A DNA stretch of 53,214 nt from Nitrospira sp. (GCA_005239475.1 SPAX01000022.1:1-53214); one strand, 5' to 3'; numbered from the stretch's first letter, positions 15,865-26,626 are shown. Notes: a model not told the origin generated them from the letters alone. Numbers and translations: made by a program.

Positions 15865-17565
15865 TTATTTCTTACCGGTGCGCCTGCCTCTGGTGCGCCG
15901 TATGGTTGGACGCCGAGTCAGCGTGCGAGGGGCCAGGGACTTCGTCAGCGCCTGAATAGTCGCGACCGGGTTCTTGCCCAAGGACAAGAGAATGGCCTGC
16001 TGATCATGTGCTTGGAGCGCCTGTATGTCGCCGGCGGCTTGGGCCTGCGCGAGCGTGCGAAAGGTGAAGGGTTTTCCGGGAATGTTGAGATCAGGAATCA
16101 TCGGATCGACGAGTTGTAAGAAAAGTCCGCTCCTCGGACCCCCTTTGTGGAGTTGGCCTGTCGAATGGAGGTAGCGCGGACCATAGCCGGCTGTCGTGGT
16201 CACATGGTGATGGGAGACGAGCGTTCTTCGCAACGAGCGAATGGCCTGTTCCATCTTGGAGGATGGTGTCGCATAAGCCAAGATGGCGACGTAGGCGCCT
16301 GGGCGACCGTGGCGCTTGAGTTGTGCCACGGCTTGGGCCACGGTCGCGTGGGTCTGTTTCGGCAACCGGCCGGTGGACTGGATGGTTTCCAGTACGCGGG
16401 CGGTGTTGTCTTTACTTTCCTGGACGTTCGGTTGGTCGAAGGGGTGAATTCCCAGGAGATGTCCTGCCAGAGCGGTGGCGACTTCCCACCGGAAAAACTC
16501 TGCTGCGAGATCGTAACGGTCTTGGAGCGTGAACGTGAGGACCGGATGACCCTGTCGCGTGAGCCCGGCGATGTGTCGGTCGAGCTGTCTATTCCGATCT
16601 CCCTTCAACCTCAGATAGACAAAGAGCCGGTCCGTGCCATAGGCGGTCGGTGAAACAAGCGGTTCGCTCGCTACAGGGATCAGGCCTTTTCCTTCCTTGC
16701 CGGTGCTTTCTGCGAGGAGTTGTTCCGCCCACAGACCAAATGTGGCGATTTGTGGTGATGCGATCAGTGTGACCTTGTTGCGTCCTGTTTGCGCCAGTGA
16801 GGCCATCGTTGCGGCAAGGTCGGCACCGGGGTTCTGTCCAAGAGGGGGCTGGATTCGACAGGCCTGGGCCATGGCTGTGCCCCGCGTGAGCAATCGTGTG
16901 ACATCGATTCCCATCAGGGCCGCAGGGACTAATCCAAAATAGGAGAGGACCGAGTACCGTCCACCGATGTCGGGGGGGTTCGTAAAGATGCGCCAAAACT
17001 GATGCTCTGCCGCTAGTTTTTCCAACCCGGTGCCTGGATCAGTAATGGCGAGAAACTGTTCGCCGCTTTGGTGGCCCTTGATCTGATGAACCAGCTCCCA
17101 AAAGTGGGCAAAGAGGGACATGACTTCGATCGTTCCACCGGATTTGCTGGCGAGGATGAACAGGCTTCGAGCCGGGTCGATCGCCTGTGTGACCTGTCGA
17201 ATCCAGCCTGGAACGGTAGAATCGAGGACCCACAGGCGTGGGAACCTGCTGGATGGTCCAAATGATGCGCGCAGCACTTCCGGTCCCAAGCTGCTGCCAC
17301 CCATCCCGAGCAGAACCACATCGCGGATGCCGCGCTTTTTGGCCAAAGTGCCTAAGGTTCGCAACTCCTCGGTCCGATCTTTCATGTAGTCGATGATGGT
17401 TAGCCAGCCGAGGCGGTTGGTGATGTCGGTGGGATCTTGCTTCCAGAGTTGATGGTCGCGAGCCCACAGTCGCTCGACCGCATGGGATGCGGAGAGGCGT
17501 GCATTCGCCGCAACGACCAGGGATTGAAGTTCCGAGGGAAATGATCGATGAGTCTCGAGTTTCAT
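15865..17565 (-). CDS. pgi: Glucose-6-phosphate isomerase (the PGI type seen in transaldolase/PGI fusions), with a short basic C-terminal tail.
   Basis: The internal ATG (MKLETHRSF..) of track ORF 15865..17853 was chosen. SIS motifs LLGMGGSSLGPEV and ASKSGGTIE. The tail reads ..RRPTIRRTRGRRTGKK. Confidence 0.85.
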   Translation of the reverse strand: MKLETHRSFPSELQSLVVAANARLSASHAVERLWARDHQLWKQDPTDITNRLGWLTIIDYMKDRTEELRTLGTLAKKRGIRDVVLLGMGGSSLGPEVLRASFGPSSRFPRLWVLDSTVPGWIRQVTQAIDPARSLFILASKSGGTIEVMSLFAHFWELVHQIKGHQSGEQFLAITDPGTGLEKLAAEHQFWRIFTNPPDIGGRYSVLSYFGLVPAALMGIDVTRLLTRGTAMAQACRIQPPLGQNPGADLAATMASLAQTGRNKVTLIASPQIATFGLWAEQLLAESTGKEGKGLIPVASEPLVSPTAYGTDRLFVYLRLKGDRNRQLDRHIAGLTRQGHPVLTFTLQDRYDLAAEFFRWEVATALAGHLLGIHPFDQPNVQESKDNTARVLETIQSTGRLPKQTHATVAQAVAQLKRHGRPGAYVAILAYATPSSKMEQAIRSLRRTLVSHHHVTTTAGYGPRYLHSTGQLHKGGPRSGLFLQLVDPMIPDLNIPGKPFTFRTLAQAQAAGDIQALQAHDQQAILLSLGKNPVATIQALTKSLAPRTLTRRPTIRRTRGRRTGKK

Positions 17566-17993
17566 GCTAAGCCTTTTCCCTATTGTAAATATCGAATGAG
17601 AGAAACACAAACATGAGGGCTCACCTACAGCGTTGCGGTTCAATGGATGAGAAAGAGCATGCCTCCTGTGACCGTCCAGGCGAGAGATTGCGCATGATCG
17701 AGAGAGACAGTCAGACCTAGAGGAGGAGGGAGACGGAGACTTGTTTCCAGTCCAGAGGATGTTTCCCCACGACGTGGGCCTGCCCATGCTAGGAAAACAT
17801 TCCCACAGCATAGCCGTATGAGACATGTGAGACTGGGGGAAAAGGCGAGACACGAGGAATTAGGGCTTGCGCGTCTCGCCTGTCGTGCGCGTGAGAGGCT
17901 GGCGGACTTTTTCAGCATCCTGATTAGAGCGGGTCTACCTCATGATGCCCTTGTGCAAGGTGATCGTTCCTGGCTGGCTGGATAGCACGTAGT

Positions 17994-18022
17994 TTGACAG
18001 GGCGCCACCCCGTCCTTATAAT
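17994..18022 (+). promoter_or_regulatory. Consensus sigma70-type promoter upstream of rpmH.
   Basis: TTGACA, a 17-nt spacer, then TATAAT. AAGGAG SD at 18051-18056 and the rpmH ATG at 18065. Confidence 0.6.
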
Positions 18023-18064
18023 ATACCGTTCTTCCGTGAGTCTTCTTAGGCAAGGAGTGATCGC

Positions 18065-18202
18065 ATGTCGTTTACATCTCAGCAGCCATCGAATCTCAAG
18101 AGAAAACGTGAGCATGGATTCCGTAAGCGGATGAGCACGAAGAATGGCCGGAAGGTCTTGGCTCGTCGTCGTGCGAAGGGGCGGGCCCGCTTGACCGTAT
18201 AG
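18065..18202 (+). CDS. rpmH: 50S ribosomal protein L34.
   Basis: Not in the track (45 aa). [45 protein letters not shown]. Confidence 0.9.
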   Translation: MSFTSQQPSNLKRKREHGFRKRMSTKNGRKVLARRRAKGRARLTV

Positions 18203-18300
18203 GCCGAGCGACGCTGGCTAGGGCTTCACGAAGGCATCTTCGCCCTCCGTTATGTCCCCCAGACAAGGTAGTTCCCAACACAGGATGACGGTGTGTGGTC

Positions 18301-18735
18301 ATGACCGAGCCCGGAGGCCTGGTCTCGAAGGGGAAGTCCTGTGCAAGCTGGCCCTCTCCCAGGATGATGGCGATGTCGCAGGGTGGAGGTGACAGGGATC
18401 TGTTCCTGAAACGCAGCCGAGACATCGAGTATGCCAAGGAGCATGGTCATCGTATCTCGACCACTTTGTTTAATATGGTGATTTGCCAGACTGGCGTGAG
18501 TGATAGCCGGGTTGGTATTGTGGTGGGCAAGCGATTCGGGGGAGCCGTCAGCCGAAATCGGGTGAAGCGCTTGTTTCGGGAGCTCACGCGGCAACTGCGC
18601 GGTCAATTACTCCCAGGGCACGCCCTGGTGGTCTTCCCCAAGCGGGATTCTATTACGCAACCCTTTGCCATCTTGAAAGGGGTGTGGTTGTCGGCGCTCC
18701 AGCGCCAACGGTTGCTTCGTACCCTTGAGGGCTAG
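18301..18735 (+). CDS. rnpA: RNase P protein component. The start is uncertain and may be near 18364.
   Basis: LKRSRDIEYAKEHGHRI.. VGIVVGKRFGGAVSRNRVKRLFRE (RNR motif). Lies immediately after rpmH. Confidence 0.85.
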   Translation: MTEPGGLVSKGKSCASWPSPRMMAMSQGGGDRDLFLKRSRDIEYAKEHGHRISTTLFNMVICQTGVSDSRVGIVVGKRFGGAVSRNRVKRLFRELTRQLRGQLLPGHALVVFPKRDSITQPFAILKGVWLSALQRQRLLRTLEG

Positions 18736-18736
18736 C

Positions 18737-18946
18737 ATGCGCCAGTGGTGTCTGACTCTTTTTGCCTGGTATCGCTATTGGCTCTCGTCGTTCCTGAAAC
18801 CGGCCTGCCGTTTTGCGACCATCTGCTCAGAATATACGAGTGCCGCGATCAGGAGGTATGGGGTGCTGCATGGTCGCAAGCTTGTGACCAGCTTTCTGCT
18901 GAAATGTTTCCCGTTTCATCTTGTAGGATTGGAACCTGTGAAGTAG
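18737..18946 (+). CDS. yidD: Membrane protein insertion efficiency factor YidD.
   Basis: CRFATICSEYTSAAIRRYG matches the CRF.P.CS.Y signature. The ATG sits just 3' of the rnpA stop codon (tagcATG). Located between rnpA and yidC. Confidence 0.8.
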   Translation: MRQWCLTLFAWYRYWLSSFLKPACRFATICSEYTSAAIRRYGVLHGRKLVTSFLLKCFPFHLVGLEPVK

Positions 18947-18985
18947 TAGGGGCATAACTGCTCACATCGGGGTAGCGGTATATTT

Positions 18986-20686
18986 ATGGACAAACGCGTT
19001 GTCATCTTTCTCGTTCTATCGTTAGCGATCATTCTGGGATTTGACCTGTTCCTCAAACAGATGGGGTGGCTTCCTGAGCTGCCACCTGCTCAGGATGGCG
19101 CTGTCACGAGCTCCTCCGCGGAGCGAGAGCCAGCTCCCGCCCTCGAAACAAGCCAGAACAGTAGCACGACCAGTCTGAGCGTCCCTACCCAGTCAGGTCA
19201 AAAGTCCACCGCTCCCTCGTCGGATATTTTGCCAGCAACATCGGAAGAGAGAGTGACGGTTGAAACGGATCTGGTTCGGGTTGAACTGTCGAATCGTGGT
19301 GGGGTGATTCGAAGCTGGGAGCTGAAGCGATACCATACGGCACCCCCCGAAGTGAAGCCGGTGCAACTCGTCTATCAAGTGGGAAAGTTCAAAGGCCCAC
19401 TCTCCATTACGGTCGCGAACCCCGACATCGACAAAACGATTCGAGAAGGCCTCTATAGTATTGAGAAAGATTTCACGAGTCTCGATGCCGCTCATCCTGT
19501 CGGGCATGTCACGATGCAATTTCACAATTCAGTCACCCATCTCGGTGTGGAGAAACGGCTGACATTTCATCACGATAGTTATGTGGTGGATGTATCAGTC
19601 GCCCTGGAGGGCGTGACTGAGTCCTATGATGTCGGGTTGGGGACTAACTTCGGTATCGTGGAATGGGGCGATGGGTTCATCGGTCTGATCGGATCTGCCT
19701 TGCGGGTTGACGACAAAACAGAAAAAGAGACGCCGGATAAGGAGCTTGAGCGGAATGGGGCGGTTCAGTGGGTCGCATTGCAGGATAAGTACTTTCTTTC
19801 TGTGTTGATGCCGAAGAAGGGTGAGGCCGCTCTCGTCAAGACGGAGGACAAAAAGGTTGTGTCGGCTGGGGTGAGGATGGCCGCGTCAGGAGTAGCGTCC
19901 TCCTCGGTTGCGCTTCAACTGTATGCAGGCCCGAAGGAATACGACACGCTCCGCTCCTTGGGTGTGGGCTTGGAAGATATGATCGATTTCGGATGGTTCA
20001 TCTTTGGTAGTTGGACTGTGGTGAAGTCGGTCGCTAAGCCGATCTTTTACGTGCTGCGATTCATCCATGACTATGTCCCTAATTACGGGGTCACCATCAT
20101 CCTGCTGACAATGTCGATCAAGCTGTTATTTGTGCCGTTGCAATACAAGAGCTACAAGTCGATGAAAATGATGCGGGTGATCCAACCCAAGATCAAAGAG
20201 GTCCAGGAGAAATATAAGGGTGATCGCGACCGTCTGAACAAGGAGTTAATGAAGCTGTATAAAGATCAGAAGGTGAATCCGCTGGGCAGCTTGCTCCCGA
20301 TGTTCTTGCAGATGCCGGTCTTTATAGCCCTGTTCAATGTCCTCTACATGACGATCGATTTGCGCCAATCCCCTTTCATGCTCTGGATTACCGATTTGTC
20401 GGTGCAGGATCCCTACTATGTGTTGCCGGTGATCATGGGGGCGACGATGTTTATCCAACAGAAGATCACGCCCACCACGATGGATCCAGCACAGGCGAAG
20501 ATCATGTTGGTGCTCCCGGTGGCCATGACATTCCTGTTCGTAAATTTTCCCGCGGGCCTTGTGCTGTATTGGCTGACGAACAATGTCCTGACCATCTCCC
20601 AACAATTGATCACGGATCGTTTTATGTTTCGTAACATGCCACTCATCTCGGCAGGGGCGGAGCAGCGCGGCGGCTCGAACGCATAG
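18986..20686 (+). CDS. yidC: Membrane protein insertase YidC.
   Basis: N-terminal TM, large periplasmic domain, and conserved C-terminal core (..YGVTIILLTMSIKLLFVPL.. KVNPLGSLLPMFLQMPVFIALF.. NFPAGLVLYWLTNN). Confidence 0.9.
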   Translation: MDKRVVIFLVLSLAIILGFDLFLKQMGWLPELPPAQDGAVTSSSAEREPAPALETSQNSSTTSLSVPTQSGQKSTAPSSDILPATSEERVTVETDLVRVELSNRGGVIRSWELKRYHTAPPEVKPVQLVYQVGKFKGPLSITVANPDIDKTIREGLYSIEKDFTSLDAAHPVGHVTMQFHNSVTHLGVEKRLTFHHDSYVVDVSVALEGVTESYDVGLGTNFGIVEWGDGFIGLIGSALRVDDKTEKETPDKELERNGAVQWVALQDKYFLSVLMPKKGEAALVKTEDKKVVSAGVRMAASGVASSSVALQLYAGPKEYDTLRSLGVGLEDMIDFGWFIFGSWTVVKSVAKPIFYVLRFIHDYVPNYGVTIILLTMSIKLLFVPLQYKSYKSMKMMRVIQPKIKEVQEKYKGDRDRLNKELMKLYKDQKVNPLGSLLPMFLQMPVFIALFNVLYMTIDLRQSPFMLWITDLSVQDPYYVLPVIMGATMFIQQKITPTTMDPAQAKIMLVLPVAMTFLFVNFPAGLVLYWLTNNVLTISQQLITDRFMFRNMPLISAGAEQRGGSNA

Positions 20687-20874
20687 GTGCCCCCTCGGTA
20701 TGCAGCCAGCTACAAAACAGGCCCGCTGATAAAGGGAACGGCCACCTAAGCAGAGGGCGGCCACAGTCCTCCGGCAGCCGCAGACTGTGGCGCGAGAAGC
20801 GCGAGATGATTCTACGCAGGCCAGAACTTCACGGACCCGCACGTCTGCAGCATCCTGCTTGTGAAAGAGTCGTC

Positions 20875-22302
20875 ATGCTTGGAGGACTCGAAGATACGAT
20901 TTGTGCCATTGCCACGCCTGCAGGCGAGGGTGGCATAGGGATCGTTCGTCTGAGTGGCCCTCAGGCGCTTGGAATCGCTTCTCAAGTTGTTCGGTTGCGG
21001 TCTGGCATTCCCCTCTCATCGGTTCCCTCGCACACGCTGCATCTTGCCGATCTTGTGATGCCTGCATCGGACAAGCGGAAAGATGCGCGAATCGTTCATA
21101 AATTCCAGCCTGTATCGGACCTCCTCGATGAAGCGCTCGTGGTTTATATGAAGGCTCCGCGGTCGTTTACGGCGGAGGATGTGGTGGAGATTCAGTCTCA
21201 TGGCGGGGCATTGGTGCTGGGGACGGTCTGCAAGGTTTGTATAGAGTCCGGTGCACGGATGGCGGAGCCGGGTGAGTTTACGAAGCGGGCCTTTCTTAAT
21301 GGACGGTTAGATCTTTCCCAGGCGGAAGCGGTACTCGATACAATCAGGGCCACATCATCCGCTGGACTGAATATCGCTCAACGACATCTACGGGGTGATC
21401 TCGCTCGTGAGGTGGAACAGGCTCGGACCTCTCTCCTGACGGTGTTGGCCCATGTAGAGGCGGGGATCGATTTTGTGGACGAAGATATTTCATTTCTTCA
21501 ACGCGATGAACTGTTGCGAATCGTGAGGGAGGCGTGTGCGGTGGTTCAGAAACTGGAAGCGACGGCGCAGGAGGGGCGGATCTTGCGGGAAGGCGCGCGC
21601 GTCGTCATCCTTGGCCGCCCGAATGTCGGCAAGTCTAGCTTGTTGAACCGTCTCCTGAGGGAAGAGCGGGCGATTGTGACGGCTATTCCTGGGACGACGA
21701 GGGATGTGATCGAAGAATCCATCGATCTTGACGGGGTGATGATTCGTTTGGTTGACACGGCAGGAGTGCGGGAAACGGACGATTTAGCCGAGCAGGAAGG
21801 GATCAAACGAACGCGTGCCGCACAGGACGAGGCGGATCTCTTGTTAGTGGTAGTGGATGGGAGTGTGCCCCTCACAAGCGATGATCGGGAGCTCTTGAGT
21901 GTGTCCAGCAATCGCAAGCATGTGGTGCTGCTGAACAAGGCGGATCTTGCCGATACTGTGGAGACGGACGCCGCGCTTGCGGGGCATTCTTCTTACCGTA
22001 TTTCTGCAAAAACTGGTTTGGGCGTTGAGATGGTGAAGGCGGCTCTTCGTGCTCAGCTGGTGTCCGGGGGATTTGAGGCGGCGGAGAGCGTCACGGTGAC
22101 GAACGTCCGACATCGTGACGCGTTGCGCCGGGCTGGTGAATCCTTGGCCCAGGCTCTTGAGTCCGTGCAGTGTGGGATGGCCGGGGAGCTTGTCTCGATC
22201 GATGTGCGCGCAGCAGCCGACGCGCTCGGAGAAATTACGGGCGCCATTACGACGGACGAGATTCTTGGTCGGATCTTTTCAGAATTCTGTATCGGCAAGT
22301 AG
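20875..22302 (+). CDS. mnmE: tRNA modification GTPase MnmE.
   Basis: Internal ATG giving [29 protein letters not shown]-domain [12 protein letters not shown] and DTAG. C-terminal FCIGK. Confidence 0.9.
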   Translation: MLGGLEDTICAIATPAGEGGIGIVRLSGPQALGIASQVVRLRSGIPLSSVPSHTLHLADLVMPASDKRKDARIVHKFQPVSDLLDEALVVYMKAPRSFTAEDVVEIQSHGGALVLGTVCKVCIESGARMAEPGEFTKRAFLNGRLDLSQAEAVLDTIRATSSAGLNIAQRHLRGDLAREVEQARTSLLTVLAHVEAGIDFVDEDISFLQRDELLRIVREACAVVQKLEATAQEGRILREGARVVILGRPNVGKSSLLNRLLREERAIVTAIPGTTRDVIEESIDLDGVMIRLVDTAGVRETDDLAEQEGIKRTRAAQDEADLLLVVVDGSVPLTSDDRELLSVSSNRKHVVLLNKADLADTVETDAALAGHSSYRISAKTGLGVEMVKAALRAQLVSGGFEAAESVTVTNVRHRDALRRAGESLAQALESVQCGMAGELVSIDVRAAADALGEITGAITTDEILGRIFSEFCIGK

Positions 22303-22315
22303 GCAAAGGTTGAAC

Positions 22316-24232
22316 GTGGGACAGGCGGTTGACGTCATTGTGGTGGGTGGAGGTCATGCAGGCTGCGAGGCCGCCTTGGCCGCGGCGCGTATGGGTGCGC
22401 GAACCTTGCTGCTTACGATGGATCGTGACCGTATCGCCCAGATGTCGTGCAACCCGGCGATCGGGGGAATCGCCAAAGGACACATGGTAAAGGAAATCGA
22501 TGCGCTGGGTGGGGAGATGGCGCGGAACACCGATCAAGCCGGCATCCAGTTCCGCTTCATCAATACGAGTAAAGGTCCGGCGGTGCGAGCTCTCCGTGTC
22601 CAATGCGACAAGAAACTATATCGAGACGCCATGCAACGAACGTTGAGCCGGCAGGCGGGGCTGGCGATCGGCGAGGGGACGGTCGATCGCTTGCTGATGC
22701 ATGCCGGTGCGGTGAGGGGCGTGGTGACGGATGGCGGTGATCACATTCAAGCGAAGGCCGTTATTCTGACATCAGGTACATTTCTTAAGGGACTTATCCA
22801 TATCGGCTTGCATCATTTTCCTGCGGGGCGCGCCGGAGAGGCGTCCGCCGAGCACCTGTCCGATTGTATGCGTGACCTGGGGTTCGAAGTGGGCCGGCTC
22901 AAAACCGGCACGCCTCCTCGCTTGGATGGGGCGACCATTGACTTTTCCGTGATGGTGCCGCAGCCGGGTGATGATCCGCCGCCGCCATTTTCGTATCGGA
23001 CCCACCGGATTGAGAACCGGCAGCTCCCCTGTCATTTGACTCATACCAATCGAGCGACGCACGAGTTGATCCAGCGCAATCTGGACCGGTCTCCCCTCTA
23101 CAGCGGCATTATTGAGTCGGTGGGGCCGCGGTACTGTCCGTCGATCGAGGATAAAGTCGTACGCTTTGCAGACAAAGAACGACACCAGATTTTTATTGAG
23201 CCGGAAGGGTTGGATAGCCGTGAATTTTATCCCAACGGGATCTCCACCAGCCTACCGGTTGATGTGCAGGCCGCGATTCTGAAGACGATTCCAGGGTTAG
23301 AGCAAGCCACCATGCTCAAGCCTGGGTATGCGATCGAGTATGACTACTTTCCCCCACGGCAATTACACCAGACTCTCGAGACCAAGCTTCTGGCCGGTTT
23401 ATACCATGCGGGACAGATCAATGGGACATCAGGATATGAGGAAGCAGCGGCTCAGGGTCTGATGGCTGGAATCAATGCAGTCCTCAGACTTCGAGGCGAG
23501 TTGCCATTGGTGCTTGACCGATCGCAGGCCTATATTGGCGTGTTAATTGACGATCTCATTACAAAAGATGCACATGAACCCTATCGCATGTTTACATCAC
23601 GGGCAGAATACCGCCTTTTGTTGCGCCATGGAAATGCTGATCTTCGATTAACGGACACTGGACGGCAGGTTGGGTTGGTCTGTGACGAAGTTTATGCAAG
23701 GTTCCAGTTAAAACAGAAAACAATTGAAGCCGAGCTCGTACGGCTCGAAGAGCTTCGGCCAAAACTCACGGAGGCTGTTCGTGAACGTTTAGCTAATGTT
23801 CAGATCGAAGAGATCTCCGGGCCCTGCACCGCGGCTCAACTCTTACGGCGCCAGGGGGCGAGCTATAAGCCTCTGTTAGAGGCACTTGAGGTAAGCGTAG
23901 TTCAAGATATTGAAACTGCTGATGAAATCGAGTTGCAAGTCAAATATTCAGGTTATATCAAGCGCCAACTTCAACAGATAGGGCGATTCAAGAAGCTCGA
24001 AACGAAGCCCATTCCGATGGCCTTCAATTACGATGGGACTCCCGGCTTTTCGCGAGAGGTTCGAGAAAAGCTAAAAAATGTTCGCCCTGCATCTATTGGC
24101 CAGGCATCGAGAATTTCGGGAGTTACGCCAGCGGCAATTTCGCTTCTCCTCGTGGCGCTCGAAAAATACAAGGGTGAATCCAGTCGAGACAGCCTTCGGC
24201 AAGTCTTATCCCAGGCGAGCGAACACAGATAA
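22316..24232 (+). CDS. mnmG: tRNA uridine 5-carboxymethylaminomethyl modification enzyme MnmG (GidA). Start is GTG 22316 or TTG 22310.
   Basis: [26 protein letters not shown] motif. Conserved [11 protein letters not shown]. Confidence 0.9.
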   Translation: MGQAVDVIVVGGGHAGCEAALAAARMGARTLLLTMDRDRIAQMSCNPAIGGIAKGHMVKEIDALGGEMARNTDQAGIQFRFINTSKGPAVRALRVQCDKKLYRDAMQRTLSRQAGLAIGEGTVDRLLMHAGAVRGVVTDGGDHIQAKAVILTSGTFLKGLIHIGLHHFPAGRAGEASAEHLSDCMRDLGFEVGRLKTGTPPRLDGATIDFSVMVPQPGDDPPPPFSYRTHRIENRQLPCHLTHTNRATHELIQRNLDRSPLYSGIIESVGPRYCPSIEDKVVRFADKERHQIFIEPEGLDSREFYPNGISTSLPVDVQAAILKTIPGLEQATMLKPGYAIEYDYFPPRQLHQTLETKLLAGLYHAGQINGTSGYEEAAAQGLMAGINAVLRLRGELPLVLDRSQAYIGVLIDDLITKDAHEPYRMFTSRAEYRLLLRHGNADLRLTDTGRQVGLVCDEVYARFQLKQKTIEAELVRLEELRPKLTEAVRERLANVQIEEISGPCTAAQLLRRQGASYKPLLEALEVSVVQDIETADEIELQVKYSGYIKRQLQQIGRFKKLETKPIPMAFNYDGTPGFSREVREKLKNVRPASIGQASRISGVTPAAISLLLVALEKYKGESSRDSLRQVLSQASEHR

Positions 24233-24283
24233 TTCTACTATCCCTTCCGGAATGTCTTGACCTCATCTGCTTATTCACGTAAT

Positions 24284-24299
24284 TGTTCCACGTGGAACA
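24284..24299. promoter_or_regulatory. parS: parS centromere site (perfect palindrome).
   Basis: TGTTCCACGTGGAACA matches the widespread parS consensus tGTTnCACGTGnAACa. Located in the mnmG-rsmG spacer. Confidence 0.85.
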
Positions 24300-24324
24300 T
24301 GAGCTAGAATTGCGCGAATTCGCG

Positions 24325-24939
24325 ATGAGTTCCATAAGAGAACTTGGGCTAACTATCGGAGAAATCCATGTGGAGCAGTTCATGCGCTATCTCGCTCATC
24401 TCATTGAGTGGAATAAGGCGATCAATCTCACGGCGATCATCGATCCTAAGGAAATCATCATCAAGCACTTCGTTGACTCACTCACCGCGCTTGTTGCGAC
24501 AAGTTTTCCACAAAATTGCGTGGTCCTCGATGTGGGATCTGGAGGAGGTTTCCCTGGCATCCCTCTTAAAATCGTCAGATCTGACATGCGGTTGGTCCTC
24601 ATTGAGCCAGTCCTGAAAAAATGTTCATTTCTCAACTCAGTGGTCGGGCTGCTTAAACTTCATGATGTGTCTACGTTTAATGGCACCATCGAACAGTATG
24701 CCAAGTGGCCGCTGCGCCATGTTATTAATACGGTTGTGGTAAGGGCGTTGAAATATGAAGAAATAAGAAAACACATTCCTGCGTTGCTAGCTTCAAAAGG
24801 AAAAGTCCTCTTGTATCGAACAGAGACCATCAAAAATCAGGAAATAGGTGAAGAATTTCATCTTGTGAGCGAAACAGCTCTTGTTCTCCCGCAAGGGTCT
24901 GGCAAGAGAGTCGTCTCAGTACTTGAGATAGTAAATTAG
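24325..24939 (+). CDS. rsmG: 16S rRNA (guanine527-N7)-methyltransferase RsmG (GidB).
   Basis: WNKAINLTAI, HFVDSL and SAM motif LDVGSGGGFPGIPLK. An ATG start was chosen because the TTG at 24283 would lie inside parS. Confidence 0.85.
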   Translation: MSSIRELGLTIGEIHVEQFMRYLAHLIEWNKAINLTAIIDPKEIIIKHFVDSLTALVATSFPQNCVVLDVGSGGGFPGIPLKIVRSDMRLVLIEPVLKKCSFLNSVVGLLKLHDVSTFNGTIEQYAKWPLRHVINTVVVRALKYEEIRKHIPALLASKGKVLLYRTETIKNQEIGEEFHLVSETALVLPQGSGKRVVSVLEIVN

Positions 24940-24964
24940 CAATACAATCAATATCATATATGTA

Positions 24965-24980
24965 AGTTCCACGTGGAACA
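24965..24980. promoter_or_regulatory. parS: Second parS site (15/16 identical to the first).
   Basis: AGTTCCACGTGGAACA in the AT-rich rsmG-parA spacer. Confidence 0.75.
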
Positions 24981-25023
24981 TTATCGTTGACTACGTGAGG
25001 AATGGATTGGCTTAACCTTGATT

Positions 25024-25800
25024 ATGGCAAAGATTGTAGCGATCGCAAATCAGAAGGGTGGAGTTGGAAAGACTACAACGGCCGTGAATCTTGCCGCTGG
25101 TGTCGCACTCATGGGCAAACGTGTCTTACTTGTGGATATGGACCCGCAAGGGAACGCCACAAGCGGGCTGGGGGTTGACCCACGGTCCTTGAAGACCACC
25201 GTGTACAACTGCCTGGTTAATTATGTGAAATTTCAGGATGCTGTGCATGTCACAGAAGTGAACGGTTTGTCACTATTGCCGGCAAATGCTGACTTATCAG
25301 GGGCCGAAATAGAACTGGTGAATGTTGAGGAGCGTGAAAAACTGCTTCAACATTTCTTGCGAGATGTTGAGCAGCTATTCGACGTCATCTTTCTCGACTG
25401 TCCTCCTACATTGGGAATTCTGACAGTGAACGCACTCGTCGCAGCGCGCACCATTTTAGTCCCGGTTCAATGTGAGTACTATGCCATGGAAGGGTTAAGT
25501 CGCCTGGTTGGAAACATCGATCGAGTTCGTCAGTCCTTTAACCCGGAGCTCCAGTTGGAGGGGATCGTCTTGACAATGTTTGATGCGAGGAATACGTTGG
25601 CGCGTCAAGTCGTTGAGCAAGTTCGCGAGCATTTCAAAGACGTCGTCTACAGCACCGTAATCCCTCGCAATGTGACACTCGCCGAGGCTCCAAGTTACGG
25701 ACGTCCGGCTATGTTATATAACGTCGCATCGGCAGGATCTCAAGCCTATTTGTCTTTAGCCAAGGAGTTTGTGAGTCATGGAGAAAAAAGCGCTCGGTAG
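25024..25800 (+). CDS. parA: Chromosome partitioning ATPase ParA/Soj.
   Basis: Deviant Walker A NQKGGVGKTTT. Also DMDPQGNAT and DCPP. Confidence 0.9.
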   Translation: MAKIVAIANQKGGVGKTTTAVNLAAGVALMGKRVLLVDMDPQGNATSGLGVDPRSLKTTVYNCLVNYVKFQDAVHVTEVNGLSLLPANADLSGAEIELVNVEEREKLLQHFLRDVEQLFDVIFLDCPPTLGILTVNALVAARTILVPVQCEYYAMEGLSRLVGNIDRVRQSFNPELQLEGIVLTMFDARNTLARQVVEQVREHFKDVVYSTVIPRNVTLAEAPSYGRPAMLYNVASAGSQAYLSLAKEFVSHGEKSAR

Positions 25801-26626
25801 AGGACTCGATGCACTGCTGCCTCCCACTAAGCCCGCGTTGAGGTCGGAATCGCCGGAGGTTCAACACCTGCGGGTCGATGCGATTGTGCCGAACCGATAT
25901 CAGCCGAGACAAATGTTTCCTCCTCAGGAACTGGCAGAGCTCACGGCTTCATTGAAGCAAAGTGGATTGCTGCAACCAATTTTGGTGCGCCGCAAGGGCG
26001 ACGGAATATACGAACTCATTTCCGGAGAACGGCGTTGGCGCGCGGCGAAAGAAGCGGGACTGGAAACGATTCAAGCCGTCATTCGCAATTGTGGAGATGA
26101 AGAATCTGTCGTCCTGGCGCTGGTCGAAAATCTTCAGCGAGCAGATCTCAATCCCATGGAAATCGCCAGAGCCTACCATCGGATGATGAACGAATTTGGA
26201 CTGACTCAGGACATAATTGCGCAACGAGTCAGTTGTGAGCGATCATCGATCGCCAATGTCGTGCGCCTTATACATCTTCCCGTAGAGATCCAGCAGCTGA
26301 TTGAATCGAATCAACTCTCCATGGGTCATGCCAAAGTGATTCTTGGCCTTTCCGGCCAGAATGAACAGCTTAGAGTCGCCCTGCTTGTGGTCTCAAAAGC
26401 CTTATCGGTGAGAGAGACCGAAAAACTCATGGGATCCTCACTGGCTGCAAAGAAGCGAGGTGCAAAGGAATTACGGCGAACACCCTGGTCTGATGTTGAA
26501 GAGCGATTGCAAAAACGATTAGGCACCAAAGTCATGATCCAAAATGGAAGACGCGGCGGGAAAATCGTCATTCACTACTTCTCTCCTCCTGAACTCGACG
26601 GGATTCTCGAGACGCTTCTGAATTAG
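25778..26626 (+). CDS. parB: Chromosome partitioning protein ParB/Spo0J.
   Basis: KKALGRGLDALL N-terminus, GERRWRAA arginine patch, and an HTH region. AAGGAG SD. Overlaps the parA end by 23 nt. Confidence 0.9.
   Translation: MEKKALGRGLDALLPPTKPALRSESPEVQHLRVDAIVPNRYQPRQMFPPQELAELTASLKQSGLLQPILVRRKGDGIYELISGERRWRAAKEAGLETIQAVIRNCGDEESVVLALVENLQRADLNPMEIARAYHRMMNEFGLTQDIIAQRVSCERSSIANVVRLIHLPVEIQQLIESNQLSMGHAKVILGLSGQNEQLRVALLVVSKALSVRETEKLMGSSLAAKKRGAKELRRTPWSDVEERLQKRLGTKVMIQNGRRGGKIVIHYFSPPELDGILETLLN

Noticed and set aside
17566-18064. Possible oriC at the pgi / rpmH divergent spacer.
   Set aside because: The orientation switch is suggestive, but I found no DnaA-box cluster and no AT-rich unwinding element, and there is no adjacent dnaA. 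It is kept only as a question in the findings.
20760-20791. 9-bp stem GCCACAGTC/GACTGTGGC after yidC as a terminator.
   Set aside because: It has no U-run, and mnmE follows on the same strand. It may be only a weak structure or processing site.
24283-24324. TTG start of rsmG at 24283, as given by the ORF track.
   Set aside because: That codon and the following 14 nt are the parS palindrome itself. The ATG at 24325 (MSSIRELG) gives a normal RsmG N-terminus.
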